Assembly: GCA_039621445.1 (NCBI GenBank)
Contig: CP154954.1
Location: forward strand, 3,663,715 to 3,727,714
Origin: Euglena gracilis
Taxonomy: Eukaryota
Length of the DNA: 64,000 bases
Reading direction: 5' to 3'
Below, one piece after another: positions 13,401 through 25,187 of this stretch (position 1 is the stretch's first letter; each line of letters begins with the position of its first letter). The notes under the pieces are model-generated. The model was not told where the DNA came from. It searched no databases and was given only the letters and a program-made list of their open reading frames with translations. The position numbers and the translations under genes are program-made.

Positions 13401-14054
13401 TCAAACTTTTCAATCGCTTGATACACCAACAGGTTTCAGGTTCCAATTGTATTTTTCCTTGAATGATTTCCATTTCAGAATCTGGATGCCAAGCAGTCAA
13501 ATTCCTCCAGAACCCTCAAGAATGAAATCCATTGGGGGAGGGGGTGGGAAAGGGGTTGGAAGTAAATGTATGAGTTGGGGGTTCCCCAGCTTTTCGCTCA
13601 ACCCCCTTTCTCCAATGTTGGACAAAATTTGGGGAAGTTCTTTTCTTCCCGCACTGCTGTGGGTTCAAATTCAAATTCACTCTTGAACACCGCATCTTGG
13701 GTGGTTGGTTATCAAGAGGTACAAAGCCCCCCAAATTCCTCCAAAATGACATTTTGGCATTCACTTCATTCCCTTCCTTCCTTCCTTCCCTTCCTCCATC
13801 ATTTGGCAAATTAAACACCAAAAAAAGGGGTAAACCTCCCAACCCCCCCCCCCCCCCCCCCCGCGGGGGGATCAAGCCATGCACCAAAAGTTGCAAAGAC
13901 CTCAACCTGGACATCAGCAACTGCTGAATATTTTGTGCCATGACGTCCATCGAGTCGTGGGTGGTGCTGCGCAGCAGGTCCACGGACGACGTCATTAGAT
14001 CCATGAACACCACCCATATGACGATGGCCGGCACCAACGATAACACAAGGGTTC
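907..14054 (-). CDS. Multi-exon host gene (incomplete at both ends): receptor-type TM-extracellular-TM-HAMP protein, probably an adenylate/guanylate cyclase
   Basis: Exons in transcript order: ~14054-13913, 13424-13325, 13012-~12980, (unresolved small exons), 9651-9547, 8953-~8895, (unresolved), 6110-6043, 5612-5512, 5097-5051, 4295-4200, 4114-4050, 3264-3179, 2736-2627, 2255-2160, 1017-907. Resolved junctions are in frame. TM1 is LVLSLVPAIVIWVVFM. TM2 plus HAMP-like region is FVILGVVSAIAVLLPLSVGLWMASRLYTLARGMDRIAQLQF...FRELHRFQTSFTQMERGLQ. The cyclase call rests on architecture only; no catalytic domain is visible in the window. Confidence 0.8.
2160..2255 (-). CDS. Host exon: second transmembrane helix FVILGVVSAIAVLLPLSVGLWMASRLYTLAR
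   Basis: Hydrophobic run; joins the next exon in frame (GG|G ATG) across intron 1018-2159. Confidence 0.85.
2627..2736 (-). CDS. Host exon SLLCTVLMLKNRAAVMGSIDASNAHVDQRVADKKGV(T)
   Basis: In-frame joins on both sides using CGG/CCG stem-type boundaries; the start could shift by a few codons. Confidence 0.75.
3179..3264 (-). CDS. Host exon (Q)SWTAIPAMNQEMVLSAQRYWVATGYSTG
   Basis: Open frame, coding-like composition, in-frame joins. Confidence 0.75.
3730..3818. repeat. Compound (TGTC)n/(TGTA)n microsatellite
   Basis: Directly visible tetranucleotide arrays. Confidence 0.95.
4050..4295 (-). CDS. Two host exons (4295-4200 and 4114-4050) separated by an 85-nt nonconventional intron
   Basis: ASHGKYFSHSDVDRRYINPLVNPTNVSAYRL-W-TCLQSNDALIFQACQQLYGTY. 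Intron 4115-4199 starts GTCCAGGCTG and ends CAGCCTGACCTT, giving a perfect 7-bp stem. Confidence 0.85.
4288..4405. repeat. Perfect 59-bp tandem duplication spanning an intron 3' end
   Basis: GCGAGGCCGCGGACAGCGG...GGAATGCGGAA at 4288 and 4347. Confidence 0.95.
5051..6110 (-). CDS. Three host exons (6110-6043, 5612-5512, 5097-5051)
   Basis: WDDGWLGSMMFNRYTGQVELSI-H-LAAQNGTWVQLYISMGASTISDELRSQLEGFPD-DRLVLFFRQPHGYMI-A. Intron 5098-5511 has stem CAAGTGC-CACCCA / TGGGTGCGCTTG. The 6043/5612 junction is less certain. Confidence 0.75.
8895..9651 (-). CDS. Two probable host exons (9651-9547 and 8953-~8895)
   Basis: TWVAFLIDVLKQSFGTRTLYVSQLAMAPNEKVTTM and ANISAVNQLTAKPVYLLQ are coding-like islands with TGGGTC/GACCCA intron-end pairing. 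Outer boundaries are approximate. Confidence 0.6.
9403..9463. repeat. (CA)n(CT)n microsatellite
   Basis: Directly visible. Confidence 0.95.
10583..11273. mobile_element. Probable non-autonomous TIR element inside a host intron
   Basis: CCCTGAATAGAAGCCCCC at the left and GGGGGCTTCTATTCAGGG at the right are inverted, with subterminal CTATTC(G/A)G repeats; no TSD was identified. Confidence 0.55.
12980..14054 (-). CDS. Three host exons (~14054-13913, 13424-13325, 13012-~12980) including TM1
   Basis: LVLSLVPAIVIWVVFMDLMTSSVDLLRSTTHDSMDVMAQNIQQLL-M-YQAIEKFDTHITEGEREMMELALMIQGSGVLSF-DLHPSRFDIP. Intron 13425-13912 reads |GTCCAGGTT...AACCTGTTGGT|. Confidence 0.8.
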
Positions 14055-17000
14055 CAGGCCGGCAAAGGTACCACTCCTCGATCCTTGAACCGTTCCAGAG
14101 TTCATTTTATACCGGTTAGATAGCTTTACGTTGTGCACATTGGGTCCAACTCCCCAAATCTGAAAAAGTGTCCGATGTTTCTTTGCAGTTGGGCTGCTGG
14201 GCCAGCCCGTTTCCCCTCAATGTGGACCTAAAATGCATTGCCTTGTGTATTTTCCCCCTTCTGAATAGATTTGCTGAAACCAAACGATTTGTGTCCACTT
14301 TGGACTGAGGACTAAGACTAAGAACTAAGGGGGGAGACCTTTCCTTTCCTATCTTTGACGGGACAGCATGAGTGTGAAGACGAACTAGGAAGCCAAAAAC
14401 GCTTTTCATTTCAATTCACAATAACGGTGTTTTTGTTAAAATGAATAATTGAAAAAAAGTTGCACTCCCACTGCTACCATACTGGATTGTCACTGTATTG
14501 CCAAGCCACTGGATTGCCAGTCCGTTGTGTTCTCCACCCTGCACTGAAACTTCCACTGCCAAGGTTATGCAGCCACTGTTTTCACCAAACTGTGATTTGG
14601 GGGCAATTGCAACTGTATGATTGAGGCGTGTCCAATGGATGTTGTGAAGAATACACAAACATGTTTGTTTGTTCTGTACTTTGTCTGTTTGTACTGCAAA
14701 AAAAGGAAGTGTTTTCAGATTATTTTAACGTCACACCAAAAATGGTTGATTCAGGGGTTGGGGTTTTAGGAACAGGTTTGGATACCAGGCCATTAGAAAG
14801 CATTATGGGAAATTCAACCTGAAAAATAATGCAGCCCCCACATTTGCATCAAAAGAAAGAGATATTGTTATCCCTTTTACACCTTGTTGGCTCTTTTACA
14901 CCTTGAAGATGGCTCTCCTCTTTTTGGCTTTTGGCATAAATGTGCTTCGAGGACTGCTTCTTTCCTTTTTGAGGCAGTTTTATTTTCAAACCCCAGCCGG
15001 AACGCAAGCGTTAAAACAAATGTAAACGAAACTCTCAAATGCATCGTTGGGAGAGAAAAGCTGCAAAAGGCAAAGAGAACGAGAAAGAGAGAAGCGCAAG
15101 TTTACGCCTGCCTGAGCCCCAAACTGAACCTCAAAACTGGTAACATTTGGCTTGCCATGGGGGGGTTGGTACGCCGTGGCGAGGGAGGCTAGGCGCGCCG
15201 CTCGGGGGGGTCCGGGACCCCCTCCCCCCCCCCCTGCGCGGCCCCTGCACGGCCGCTCGCCCCCCCCCTGGACCCCCCCTCCCCCCCCACTGTGCCTAGC
15301 ACAGACTTTTTTGAAGCCCAAAAAAAGACCAAAAATGACCATTTTCGGACATAAAATAGCAAATTTGGGGGCTGCGCGCTCTGCACGCGGCCAAAAAAGC
15401 ACTTTTTTGGTCAAAAATGGCCCAAAATGGCAAAAAATGACCACTTTTTGGACCCGAAAATCACCGATTTTAGGATGCGCGCCGCCCGCACGGCCGCCCT
15501 CGGACCCCCCTCCCCCCCCCCCCCCGCGGCCGCTCGCCCCCCCAGCCCCCCCCCCCACTGTGCCTAGCCTCCGAGGGGGTCCGAATAGGGGGGTAAATGG
15601 CGTGGCGAGGGGGTCTCGGAGGGGGGGGTGTACCATGGTTGCAAGATTAAAAATGTAACGGGTGGCGTGGCGAGGGGGGGGAATGGCGTGGCGAGCCCCT
15701 TGGAGAGGGGGGGGGGAGGGGTGTACCAACCCCCCCCATCCTGGCTTCCGTCCCTCCTGGACCACGGCCGAGATTTCCCTGAAATTGCCACGTGTGCGCT
15801 TGGCACGTTCATCCAAACTGCACTCCAGTGTGCGGTAATTGGTGAAAAAAACTTTTCCCGGCTCCGGCAAAAAAAAATAGCCAGGACGCGAGTTTGGCAC
15901 TGTCCCATTCAACCTCTCGCTCCTTCCAGGGGCTCCGGCTCCGCATCCGACCCAAGCACCACACCACCCAAGCAAAAATTATTTTGGCGACAAAGGAAAA
16001 TTTTGTTACCTGAAAATCGGCTCCATGGAGGTTTGAGAAGGCTCAGGTGGTTGGGTTATCCCCCCCCAATGAACCAAGCTTGAGGGGATACACAACAAGC
16101 CCCCAAAAATACCATGCCCCCCCCCCGAGCTATTCCCGTCCCCGGGACCCTTTACGGCCCAATGGGAACAGTACGGGGGGGGGGGGGGGGGAACAGCTCG
16201 GGGGGGGACCTAGGTCCCCCCCCCCTGAGCTATTCCCATACCCGACCCTCGGACAACCCGAAAAGGGGCATTTTTGGCAACTTTTTTTGGCTGGTCGCAA
16301 AAAAGGTCAATTTTAAGCACTTTTGCCAAAAAGTGATTTTAGGAAAACGTCCCAAAAAATTCGATTTTTGAGCACTTTTTTGGGAAGTTCTTTGTAAAAA
16401 GTCCTATGACAGCGAGCTATTCCCGTCCCCCCTATGGGAATAGCTTGGGGTGGGGAACAGCTCGGGCGGGGCATGGTATGCAATGCAAAACAATGAAAAA
16501 GTGCAAAAAGTGCTGAAAACTGAAAAAAAGAGCAAAAATGCAAAAAAAAAAACTCAAAAACTCAAAAAATTAAAAATTTTGCCAGCGCCCTCAAAAAAAA
16601 AATGCCCAAAAGTCTCTAAAAATTTTGCTCTGTCTCAAAAATATTTGCACTTGTTCTGAAAAATTTGCTCTCCGTCATTTTATTTTTGGAATATTTATCT
16701 CCGATTCCTCCTGTTCACTCTCATCCTCATCATCGTCACTGTCACTCTTGAATTCCTCGTCAAAGTCATCCTCGTCATCACTTTGGGCATCCCCATCAAC
16801 ATCACATGGCAATCACCCCTCTCCGCCAAAGTGTGCAGTGCAACTGACCGCGTCCTTGTTCTTTGAACTCGTTTTTTAACACGAAATTTTGTCTTCATTT
16901 GCGAACTCCCGATGATTAACTTTCCTTCGTGCACAAGAGAAACCAGTTCCGTTGCACCTCCCTCTTCCACAAAAGGGTCATCCAAATTGTCCATCCGACG

Positions 17001-17109
17001 CGAATGCATTAGGGTGGTAGTTGCATCCAACGTTCTCTTGTCCTTCCCATTTCCCTTTTGTCCAGCCAAATCTGGGTGTCCAACTTTTTGTTGTAAACAT
17101 TCATTTGCT

Positions 17110-17456
17110 AGATCGTCGTTTGGACTCTCCATCCTGCAGCGGACAATTATGCTGTACGGGGAGGTGAAATGGAAAACATAAGTGCGCTGGAGTACACTGC
17201 CCATTTTTTGTTACAAAGTGCCGCCAATAATGTTAGCGTCGATGGTGAACCACCTGAAGGGTGTCCAAAAGGAACAACGTTTCATTTGCATGATATGCAT
17301 CTGTTGGCTGGAACATGGGTTCAAAAAATGGGAAATCAATTCCAATGCCCAGTCCTGTCGGGGAAAAAGTTGCCCAAGTGGCCGGGAGGGGATGGACCAT
17401 CGCGTGTCCAAAAAAATTGGGCACAATACGTGATGGCCTTCATAGTTCCGTGGAGT
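17110..17456 (+). pseudogene. Helitron RepHel fragment (region between Rep and helicase)
   Basis: ADNYAVRGGEMENISALEY...TWVQK...CPVLSGKKLPKW...WAQYVMAFIVPW resembles the DYxxR / PVL / LFxPW stretch of Helitron RepHel proteins; it is cut off by an insertion at ~17455. Confidence 0.6.
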
Positions 17457-18236
17457 TTTGAAACCGTGTCTGGGGGCTCCGGTTTCATGCCCGAACCGGC
17501 GTCTGGGACGCCGGTTCGGGCGTGAAAACGGCGTCTGGGGGAACCAAAATAAAAAGTGCCAAAAAGTGTCCAAAAGGGTTTGTAGACAGGTGGCATTCAT
17601 ATTTTAGCAGTTTTTGGGTGGTCTTGGGCCAAAAATTGGGGTTTTTTGAGCAACAATTTCCTTTTGGCCAATTCTGGAGAATTTCTGAAATAGAATACCA
17701 AGCAAGCATGGCAGAAATCTAAGGCCATCTGCTGAAAGCCCTTGAGAAGAGCTTTCGATCGATGGGCAACATGGCAGCTGAAAAGTGGAATTTCAGATAT
17801 GCAAATGGGGTCCGAAAAATGCGGAAAAATGCGATCACTGATTTTGAGGGTGCTTTGCAATCTGGCTGAGTTCTGTGGGTACCAAGCGAAAGGTGTTGGC
17901 GAGACCTTTCGTTTGATATGCAATATGCAACCTGAGCAGTGGGATTTGACAAATTAGGATGTCAAATTTTGGAATACACGATCGCTGAAAATAAGCGCTG
18001 TGTGCATTATGGCCGAATCCTGTGGCCATCTGTCGAAAGCCCTTTAAAAGAGCTTTCGATTAATTGGTAACATGCTTTCATAAGTATGAAATCTGCCATT
18101 TTTGACCGGCCGCCCATTTGAGCCAAAATTGCCCAAAACTGCCCCAAACATGGGTATTTTGGGCAAAATTGGCCGTGATTCCCTAGCCGCCGGTTCGGGC
18201 ATGAAACCGGAGCCCCTAGCCACGGTTTCAAAAACT
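17455..18236. mobile_element. ~780-bp non-autonomous TIR element
   Basis: GTTTTGAAACCGTG..GGGGCTCCGGTTTCATGCCCGAACCGGC at the left; near-perfect reverse complement at ~18189-18236. Confidence 0.7.
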
Positions 18237-18290
18237 GTGTCCCAGACGCTGGTTCGGGCGGGAAACCTGTGCCTGGGACGCCGGTTTGGG

Positions 18291-18567
18291 CAGAGAAATA
18301 TCGACAAGAGAGTGGTTCGGCTTTAGAATTTCTTGAGTTTAGTACGTTCTACATTTCGATGCCCGAACCGGCGTCCCAGGCTCTCGATATAGAAAATACA
18401 CCCAAAATAGCATGGGATGATTTCTGCCAATGGGAGGAGTGTGCAGGCAAAAAAGATGCACCATATTTAGATTGCGCACGTGTTGCCTACCAGGGGTATT
18501 GAAATGTAGAACGTACTAAACTCAAGAAATTCTAAAGCCGAACCACTCTCTTGTCGATATTTCTCTG
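18291..18567. repeat. Perfect 67-bp inverted repeat (18291-18357 / 18501-18567) with a 143-bp spacer
   Basis: CAGAGAAATATCGACAAG...CTACATTTC and its exact reverse complement. Confidence 0.9.
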
Positions 18568-18815
18568 TTCGAGCGCACGGTGTTCGAAAAAAGTGTTCGT
18601 GTCTTTGGTACAGATGACCGCGACTGGGAACGCGGCGGGATATTACTAATTGGACTTTGGGTTTGGTTACTTTGATCGTTGAGCTGCCAAAGGTGCTCAA
18701 CACCCCACATGTTTTCAGATCCTGAACTTTGTCTTCAGGGTGATGGACAGAAAATCAGTGTCGTACTTGATTGATTGATTGATTGATTGATTGATGCGTA
18801 CTGTTATTGAAACTG

Positions 18816-19057
18816 CCTGTTGGTCGTGTTGAGACTGGTGTCTTGAAGCCTGCTGATTAACAACTTGAACACTGAAGTCAAGTCTGTGGAGATGCACCAC
18901 GAGGCTCTGAGCGATGCTGTCCCTGGCGACGACCTTGCTTCAGCGTGAAGAACGTGAAGAACGTGTCTGTCAAGGGTGTTCGCCGTGGTTATGTGGCCTC
19001 GAACTCCAAGAACGATCCCGCCAAGGAGACTGCTGACTTCACTGCCCAGGTATCATG
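18816..19057 (+). pseudogene. EEF1A: EF-1alpha pseudogene fragment, part 1
   Basis: [12 protein letters not shown]...[23 protein letters not shown]...[33 protein letters not shown], with deletions, a frameshift and a duplicated VKN. Confidence 0.92.
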
Positions 19058-21232
19058 CCCCCCCCCATATAAGACCCCCCCCTGCAGGCCGAAGGCCGGC
19101 CCTTTGGCCGGGACCGACCCCCCCCCATATAAGACCAGGTTTTGAATAGTGCTGAGCTCTTAGTAAGCGCGCACCCACCCCTTCATTGACCCCTCCATAC
19201 ATACCGGCCCACTCCATGGAGCTCTTTTGCCTGAAATCCATGGGTTTTGTGCCAGAAACAGGGCGCCGGTGGGTCAAAAAACGCCCGTTTTCGGCTCAAA
19301 AACAGTTTTTCCGGGTCCGGGAGGCCAAAAAACATCGTTTCGGGCAAAATTTTTTTCTTTTTTTTCTCGACTTTTTTGACCCGGTTTTGACCCAAAATCA
19401 ATGGGTCGGCGGCCCAAAACGGGGCGCTGGCGGGTCGTAAAACGCTCGTTTTCGGCTCAAAAACAGTTTTTCCGGGTCCGGGAAACCAAAAAACATCGTT
19501 TCGGGCAAAAAAAAATTTGTGGATTGTTTTCGACTTTTTCGACCCGGTTTTGACCCAAAGTCAATGGGTCGGCGGCCCAAAACGGCCGGCGGGTGGTAAC
19601 CTGCGTGCAATTATTGCTCATACTCAACTGTCCATTTTTGGCTTTTGTGGTATCATGGCTCTGTAATCCGCATCTGAAACCTTTGGCTTCTCCACAGTTT
19701 TCCGAACCTGGGGGTTTGCAGCTTTTTCAACTTCCCCCCCACCGGGGCCTCATTAGCTGAATGAGGGGAAGCTGATGGTTTTTGTCATTTCTTTTTAATG
19801 TTTCCGGAGCAGGTTCAGGGATACGACTGTCATTCGGGACCAGGGTTAGGGTTGTGACAAAAATAGGCGGTTGGCCGAAATCGGGTCAAAATCGGGCAGA
19901 AAATTTTTGGAAACGGAAATAGAAATGGAAGCATTTGTAGTAGGGTACAACTGACTGGTACGACACATGCACAAATGGGGTTTGCACGATGACACCCCCA
20001 TGAGCCTTGTTTGTGACAGATTCACACACCGCCAGAGCACCTCCCCTCCCATGGGGGGTGAAAATTTGTCTTAGTGCAACTAAGGGGGTCCAAATTTGCC
20101 CAATGGAAATCCCAATGGACCCCCTGGCTTGCACCAGCTGGTGAATTTTCCCGGCGCTGTGCGCCAGAACAAATTTTTTTGCTATTTTGGAGCCTGGCGA
20201 GGAGGAGATCCGGACCATACATCTCTTTAAGGACCCCGGGGGGGGGGGTTGCTGGGCTAGGGCTAGAAATTTGGGCTGGCTAGCCTGCCCCCCGGGGGGG
20301 GTCGAAAACCCCTCGTTTTAGGCTGAAAAACAGTTTTTCTGGGTCTGGAGGCCAAAAAACATCGTTTCGGGCAAAAAAAAATTTTCGATTTTTTTCGACT
20401 TTTTTGGCCGAAAACGGCCAAGTCGGACAGTGGAAAAAGTGTACAAAATGACCTAAAATGGCCTAAATTGGCCAAAAAAAACGCCCGTATCTCAGGCTGG
20501 GCGGGGAGTTGCGGGGAAACCAAAATCACACTAGATAGAGCGTTCCAAGGGCTTCAATTTAGGTCTCCGGACATTTCCTTTGATTTTGCAACATTTTCGA
20601 GAAATTTTGAAAACATCGATTTTTTGACCCCCCACCCCCCGAAAACGGCCAAGTCGAACAGAGGGAAAAGTGTACAAAAACGGCCAGCTGCGCCGAAAAC
20701 GGCCGTATCTCGGGCTAGGCGGGGAGTTGCGGGGAAATCAAAATACCGGTGGATGGGGCGTTCCAAGGGCTTCAAATTAGGTCTCCGGACATTTCCTTTG
20801 ATTTGGCTTCATTTTGGAGATATTTTGAAAATTGACATTTTTTGGCCGAAAATGGCAGAGTCCAAAGGGGGGGCTTATCCAGGGGGGGCGGGTAAATCCT
20901 ACCGAGTTTGGACCCCTTCGCGCGTGAATAACTCGGGCCTGGCGGGGAGTTGGGGGTCAAACCCAGGTGATTCGGAAACTAGAAATCCAGTCGCTCGCGA
21001 CTGAAAAAAAAATTCCCGGAACCGGGCAGGGATCATGGTGATAATCCGCCGGTTCTCCTGGTGGCCCCGACCCGGGGGGGGGAGGGGGGGCGGGGGGGTC
21101 GAGGGGGGGGGTTTCGCCGGTGGTAAGCTTCGCTCTTACCCATAAAGGGATAAGAGCTCAGCGACCCCCCCCATATAAGCCCCCCCCCTGGGATTTTGGG
21201 TCCCGAGGGGGGGTCTTATATGGGGGGGGGGG
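19058..21232. mobile_element. ~2.2-kb composite non-coding insertion with inverted C-run/ATATAAGA termini, splitting the EF-1alpha pseudogene
   Basis: CCCCCCCCATATAAGACCCCCC at 19058 and GGGGGGTCTTATATGGGGGGG at ~21207-21232, with internal ~165-190 bp direct repeats. It may be several adjacent small elements. Confidence 0.5.
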
Positions 21233-21363
21233 TAAGCCTCTCTTCAATGTTTTTATGTATGGCTTCATTGTTTTTTGTCTGGCGTCAAAAACGTTTCTGG
21301 TTGGTGCCATTCTGTGCCAGAGATGGACAAATTGTTTTGTTCCTTTTCACATACATATTACTT

Positions 21364-21457
21364 CAGGTCATGATTCTGAACCACAGTGATCAGATTGGCC
21401 TCTGTGCTGGACTGCCACATTGCCTGCAAGTTCACCACCATCCAGACGAAGATTGAC
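21364..21457 (+). pseudogene. EEF1A: EF-1alpha pseudogene fragment, part 2
   Basis: QVMILNHSDQIG...VLDCHIACKFTTIQTKID continues directly after FTAQV, with internal deletions. Confidence 0.85.
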
Positions 21458-21814
21458 TTGGGCCATGCATGGGGAACAATCAGGACTCAGGATTAGCCCA
21501 GCGAATTCCCAGATATTTTCTTGCCCTCCCGTTCAGTCCTCCCCAAACCAAGTCCCTTTAGCCTGAATGCAGGGGGGGGAATATTCAACTTGCATATTTC
21601 TTGCATTTTTTTGCATAGTCAGGTCTCATTTTTCCCCTCCCACAAAGTCCCGTTCCCCTCCCCGAAAAAGTCCCCCCCCCCCGACATGTTCTTGTTTTTT
21701 TGTCCCCCCCCAACCCAGCTGTGGATGCTGTCAAACCCTGGAAGTGATGAAGTCTTTCCATTTGCCATGGTCCTGGAATATTATTGTTCAGGGATTTGTG
21801 GACCGAAGTTGAGA

Positions 21815-22008
21815 TTTACCACTACCCCCCCCCTTATTTGAGCACACTTACGACCTAAGGGGGGGGTCAAACAAGGGGGGGTCAAAAATTTGGCTTTGAG
21901 AGAGGTCAAAAAAAAATCGGCGCCTTCGGCGCCTTAAAATTTTTTTCCACGGACCCAAATGCTCAATTAAGGGGGGGGGTCAAATTAGGGGGGGGGGGTA
22001 GTGGTAAA
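21815..22008. mobile_element. ~195-bp MITE-like foldback element
   Basis: TTTACCACTACCCCCCC ... GGGGGGGTAGTGGTAAA terminal inverted repeats. Confidence 0.7.
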
Positions 22009-22229
22009 CAACTCAGCAAACTGCAGTTGCTTCCCACAAGGATTTTGTTCTGTTTTCAGTGTTCACGGGTCAAAAAAAATTACACCGTACACGAAAAAAA
22101 ATTTGAATTTTTGAATTCTTGTTGCATGATGGTTTGTTGGGAACCAAGTTGACAATTCTGATTCCTCCTGGGGTGTGTTGCCCGGCAGGGGCTTATTTTC
22201 GTCGGGGGGAGGGGGGTCGGTTCTGTGAC

Positions 22230-22420
22230 AAGAACTGTGTTTGGGCCAAGTGTTAGGGGGAGCCTGGGGGCGGGGACCGCGGCGCCGAAGGCGCCGTGGT
22301 CGCCCCCAGGCCCCCCTAAAACCTTGGCCCAAAACACTGTTCTTGGTTTGAAACCGTGTTTAGGCGAAGATTTAAGACTTTTGAAGTCTCAAAATCGGCC
22401 AGAACACGGTTTCAGCCGAG
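22230..22420. repeat. Dispersed repeat; inverted copy at ~27395-27555
   Basis: TGTGACAAGAACTGTGTTTGGGCCAAG...GGCGCCGAAGGCGCC... is matched in reverse orientation. Confidence 0.75.
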
Positions 22421-23397
22421 ACCCACCCGCCCAGAGTTTACAACACGGAAAACTTTTTGAAATATTTGCACCATATTTCGCAATTTTTTTTGCTCCCATT
22501 GAAGCAGGGCCTGAAAAGAATTAAGGTCCGCCAAACCTTCCAGTTTTTGCAGAAATATGTCGATTACAAGTCGTTGGTCTCGAATAGCAGGGCCAAAAAG
22601 CGGTATTTCACAGGCGAGTAACGAAAATGGCAGTTCTAGAGGGAACTCGTCTCTCACGACGACACGCACGCCAAAAATCACCGGTCGAAAAAAGACCGTT
22701 TGACCTGGGCCGACAGTCGGGATTTCATCGGACGAAAATTTGTTTTTCGACATTCATGGGGTGGGCCGGGTCACGGGGGGGTCACGGGGGGGGGGGGGAC
22801 GGGGGGGGGCACGGGGGGGATATGGCCTCATCTTCAATGTTTCCGGCTTCCGCGACATTTGAAAAAAAATAATGAAAGCAGTTGTGATTGAAGCACGTGC
22901 GTTTGCGGACCCCAAAATTGGGGGGTGTTCAAATCCGGGTCACGGGGGGGGTCACGGGGGGGGGGGGGTCACGGGGGGGGGGGGGGCACGGGGACGACAC
23001 CCCCTCATGCCAGTCGAGATTCCAAGGGGGGAGGTATGTTCAAAGGTTGAAAAGCCTAACAGCGGTTGCACAAAAAAATTCCGTTCTTTCAGCCATAATT
23101 AGAAATAGAAACCAAAAAAAATGGGGCATGCCGCACCCACTCGACATACGTTTCAATGCTTTGGCAGAAAGAAGTGCAGTGCAAGAAATAGGTAAGGCAT
23201 TCCGTGAAAATTCAGCATTTTCACGACACCCTTCACAATGTTCATGAGGCCCTGCAGAGGCACAGCAACGAGGGTTTGAAAGAATGCGAGCAGGCAGAAC
23301 CACGGTTGGTGAACGTACTATTGAAAATTTTCTCCAAGGTGGAGGAAAACGGGCAGCAGACAATGTCTCCAAATGTCAGCGGGGTTGAGTCGGGTTG

Positions 23398-23430
<33 letters not shown>

Positions 23431-23774
23431 GCGGGGGAAACCGATTTTTCCAGGTCAAAATTAAGAATCACCAAGTCGCAAAATTTGGATGATGCCACCA
23501 AAAATTGGGCATTTCCACACATCAAATTAGGATTTTGGTTCCAAATTGGGCATCGCCAACCCAAAATTTTGACCCATTTGCCCTTATTGGAGCCAAAAAT
23601 GTGCACGACACCTATATTTTAAACAAAATTAGGCATCTCCCACCCGAAAGAAATTTTCCCAGAACCGGGCCTCCGGTCGGGTTGCGGGGGGGGGGGACAC
23701 CCCAGCAAGTGCTTTGCAATGCACATTAATAGCGCAAACCCATTTGATGTCAAGGCTCCTTATCGGAGACATTG

Positions 23775-23915
23775 AAGACGTACGCAGCGTTGAAAAGCGA
23801 TAATTTTCAACCAGCATTTGGAAGAAAAGTTTTGTGTTTTATGGTCCCTTCCGGGGTGGCTGCATGCAATCTGCATCGTGGGTCGACGTGCCACCATGGA
23901 GTGGGGTTGAGTGTG
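23775..23915 (+). pseudogene. PIF1-family helicase fragment (motif Ia/Ib region), probably Helitron-derived
   Basis: VLCFMVPSGVAACNLHRGSTCHHGVGL fits the PIF1 consensus APTGxAAxNLxxGxTxHxxxGL. Confidence 0.75.
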
Positions 23916-25187
23916 TATGGAGACAGGGCAGTACAGTTGGTCAAACCTTGGGACCCCCCCTCCCCCCCTGTACAGTTCCAACCCCCCCCCTCCTGGGACC
24001 CCCCCACTTCCACCCCCCGAGACAAATGAAAAAAAAAATTTAAAAAAACAGTTTGCTTTTTGAAACAAAAAAACATGTTTTTTTTAAGGGGTGGTGCGGG
24101 TCGCGGGGGGGGGGGGTCATGGGGGGTCACGGGGTGGGGGGGTCACGGGGGAAGTATGCCACTTTGCAGGCAGTCGGGAGGCAACATCCATGACGTTGCA
24201 TCGTGATGAAATTGGTCATTTTTTGAAAGGGAATTTTGTTAGGATTTTCTTGACCAACACCCCTGCCTAACCTCCTTTGCAGTAACTATTGGGGGGCCAA
24301 GCCGAATGCATACAGACATGCGCCAAATTCCGTGGAACACTAAGGGGGTGTATGAGTCGCGGGGGGGGTCGCGGGGGGGTCGCGGGGGGAACATGGAAGT
24401 TTTGACGGGTCACACGTGACAAGTGTGACCTCTCATGCAACGTCACATGGGACCTATTTTTAGAACTTTTTGGTCCAAAAATAGCTCTAATTAGGAATTT
24501 GTCACACATTTTAGGCAATTTTGATTCCTAATTTGGGTGCAAATTCCTAATTAGGTGCCCTTTTTGGCTCCTGAACTGGTACTGGGATGCGGAAACCCTC
24601 CATGTGTGGGTCGCGGGGGGGTCGCGGGGGGGTCGCGGGGGGGGGGGGGTCGCGGGGGATACACCCCCTAATACTCACGCTCCCTTTTTCCGAGGGGTTT
24701 TATTAAATTAATTAAACCCCTCGGACACAGCAGAGCCGCGCAATAAAACCCAGCGTAATAATCCCCCGCAAAGTTGGTACCTTTGGTGATTCCAATGCTA
24801 TTTTTCTTTCTCTCTGAGTGTCCATTTTTTTTCGACATATCACATGGCCGAGAAGTGAAAGCCCCTGGAGGGGTTCAATTTACAAGGACTGGTCTGATTG
24901 AAGTCCCTCGTGCAGTTCAAGTACAAGTCAAGGGACAAGAAAAGGCCCCTTCAAACCAGTACTGGAATGGCTAGAAAAGTCTCTAGGCCTGAAAAGGCCC
25001 CCTCCAATGGTCAGCCCCCCAATCACTGCATACCCACCCCTTCCAAGGCTGTTCGGTTAACAAAAGAACAGTTAATTGACTAGGACCCCCCCCAGTTATT
25101 TGATTGATTGCCCCCCCCCGAAAAGTTAATTGCAGTTAATTCCAAAAAAAAATGCATTTCATTATATTCTCGTAGTTCTTCTTCAAG

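Noticed and set aside
14986-16300. Long Gly/Pro-rich ORFs across G/C homopolymer tracts
   Set aside because: Produced by low-complexity G/C runs in non-coding repeats.
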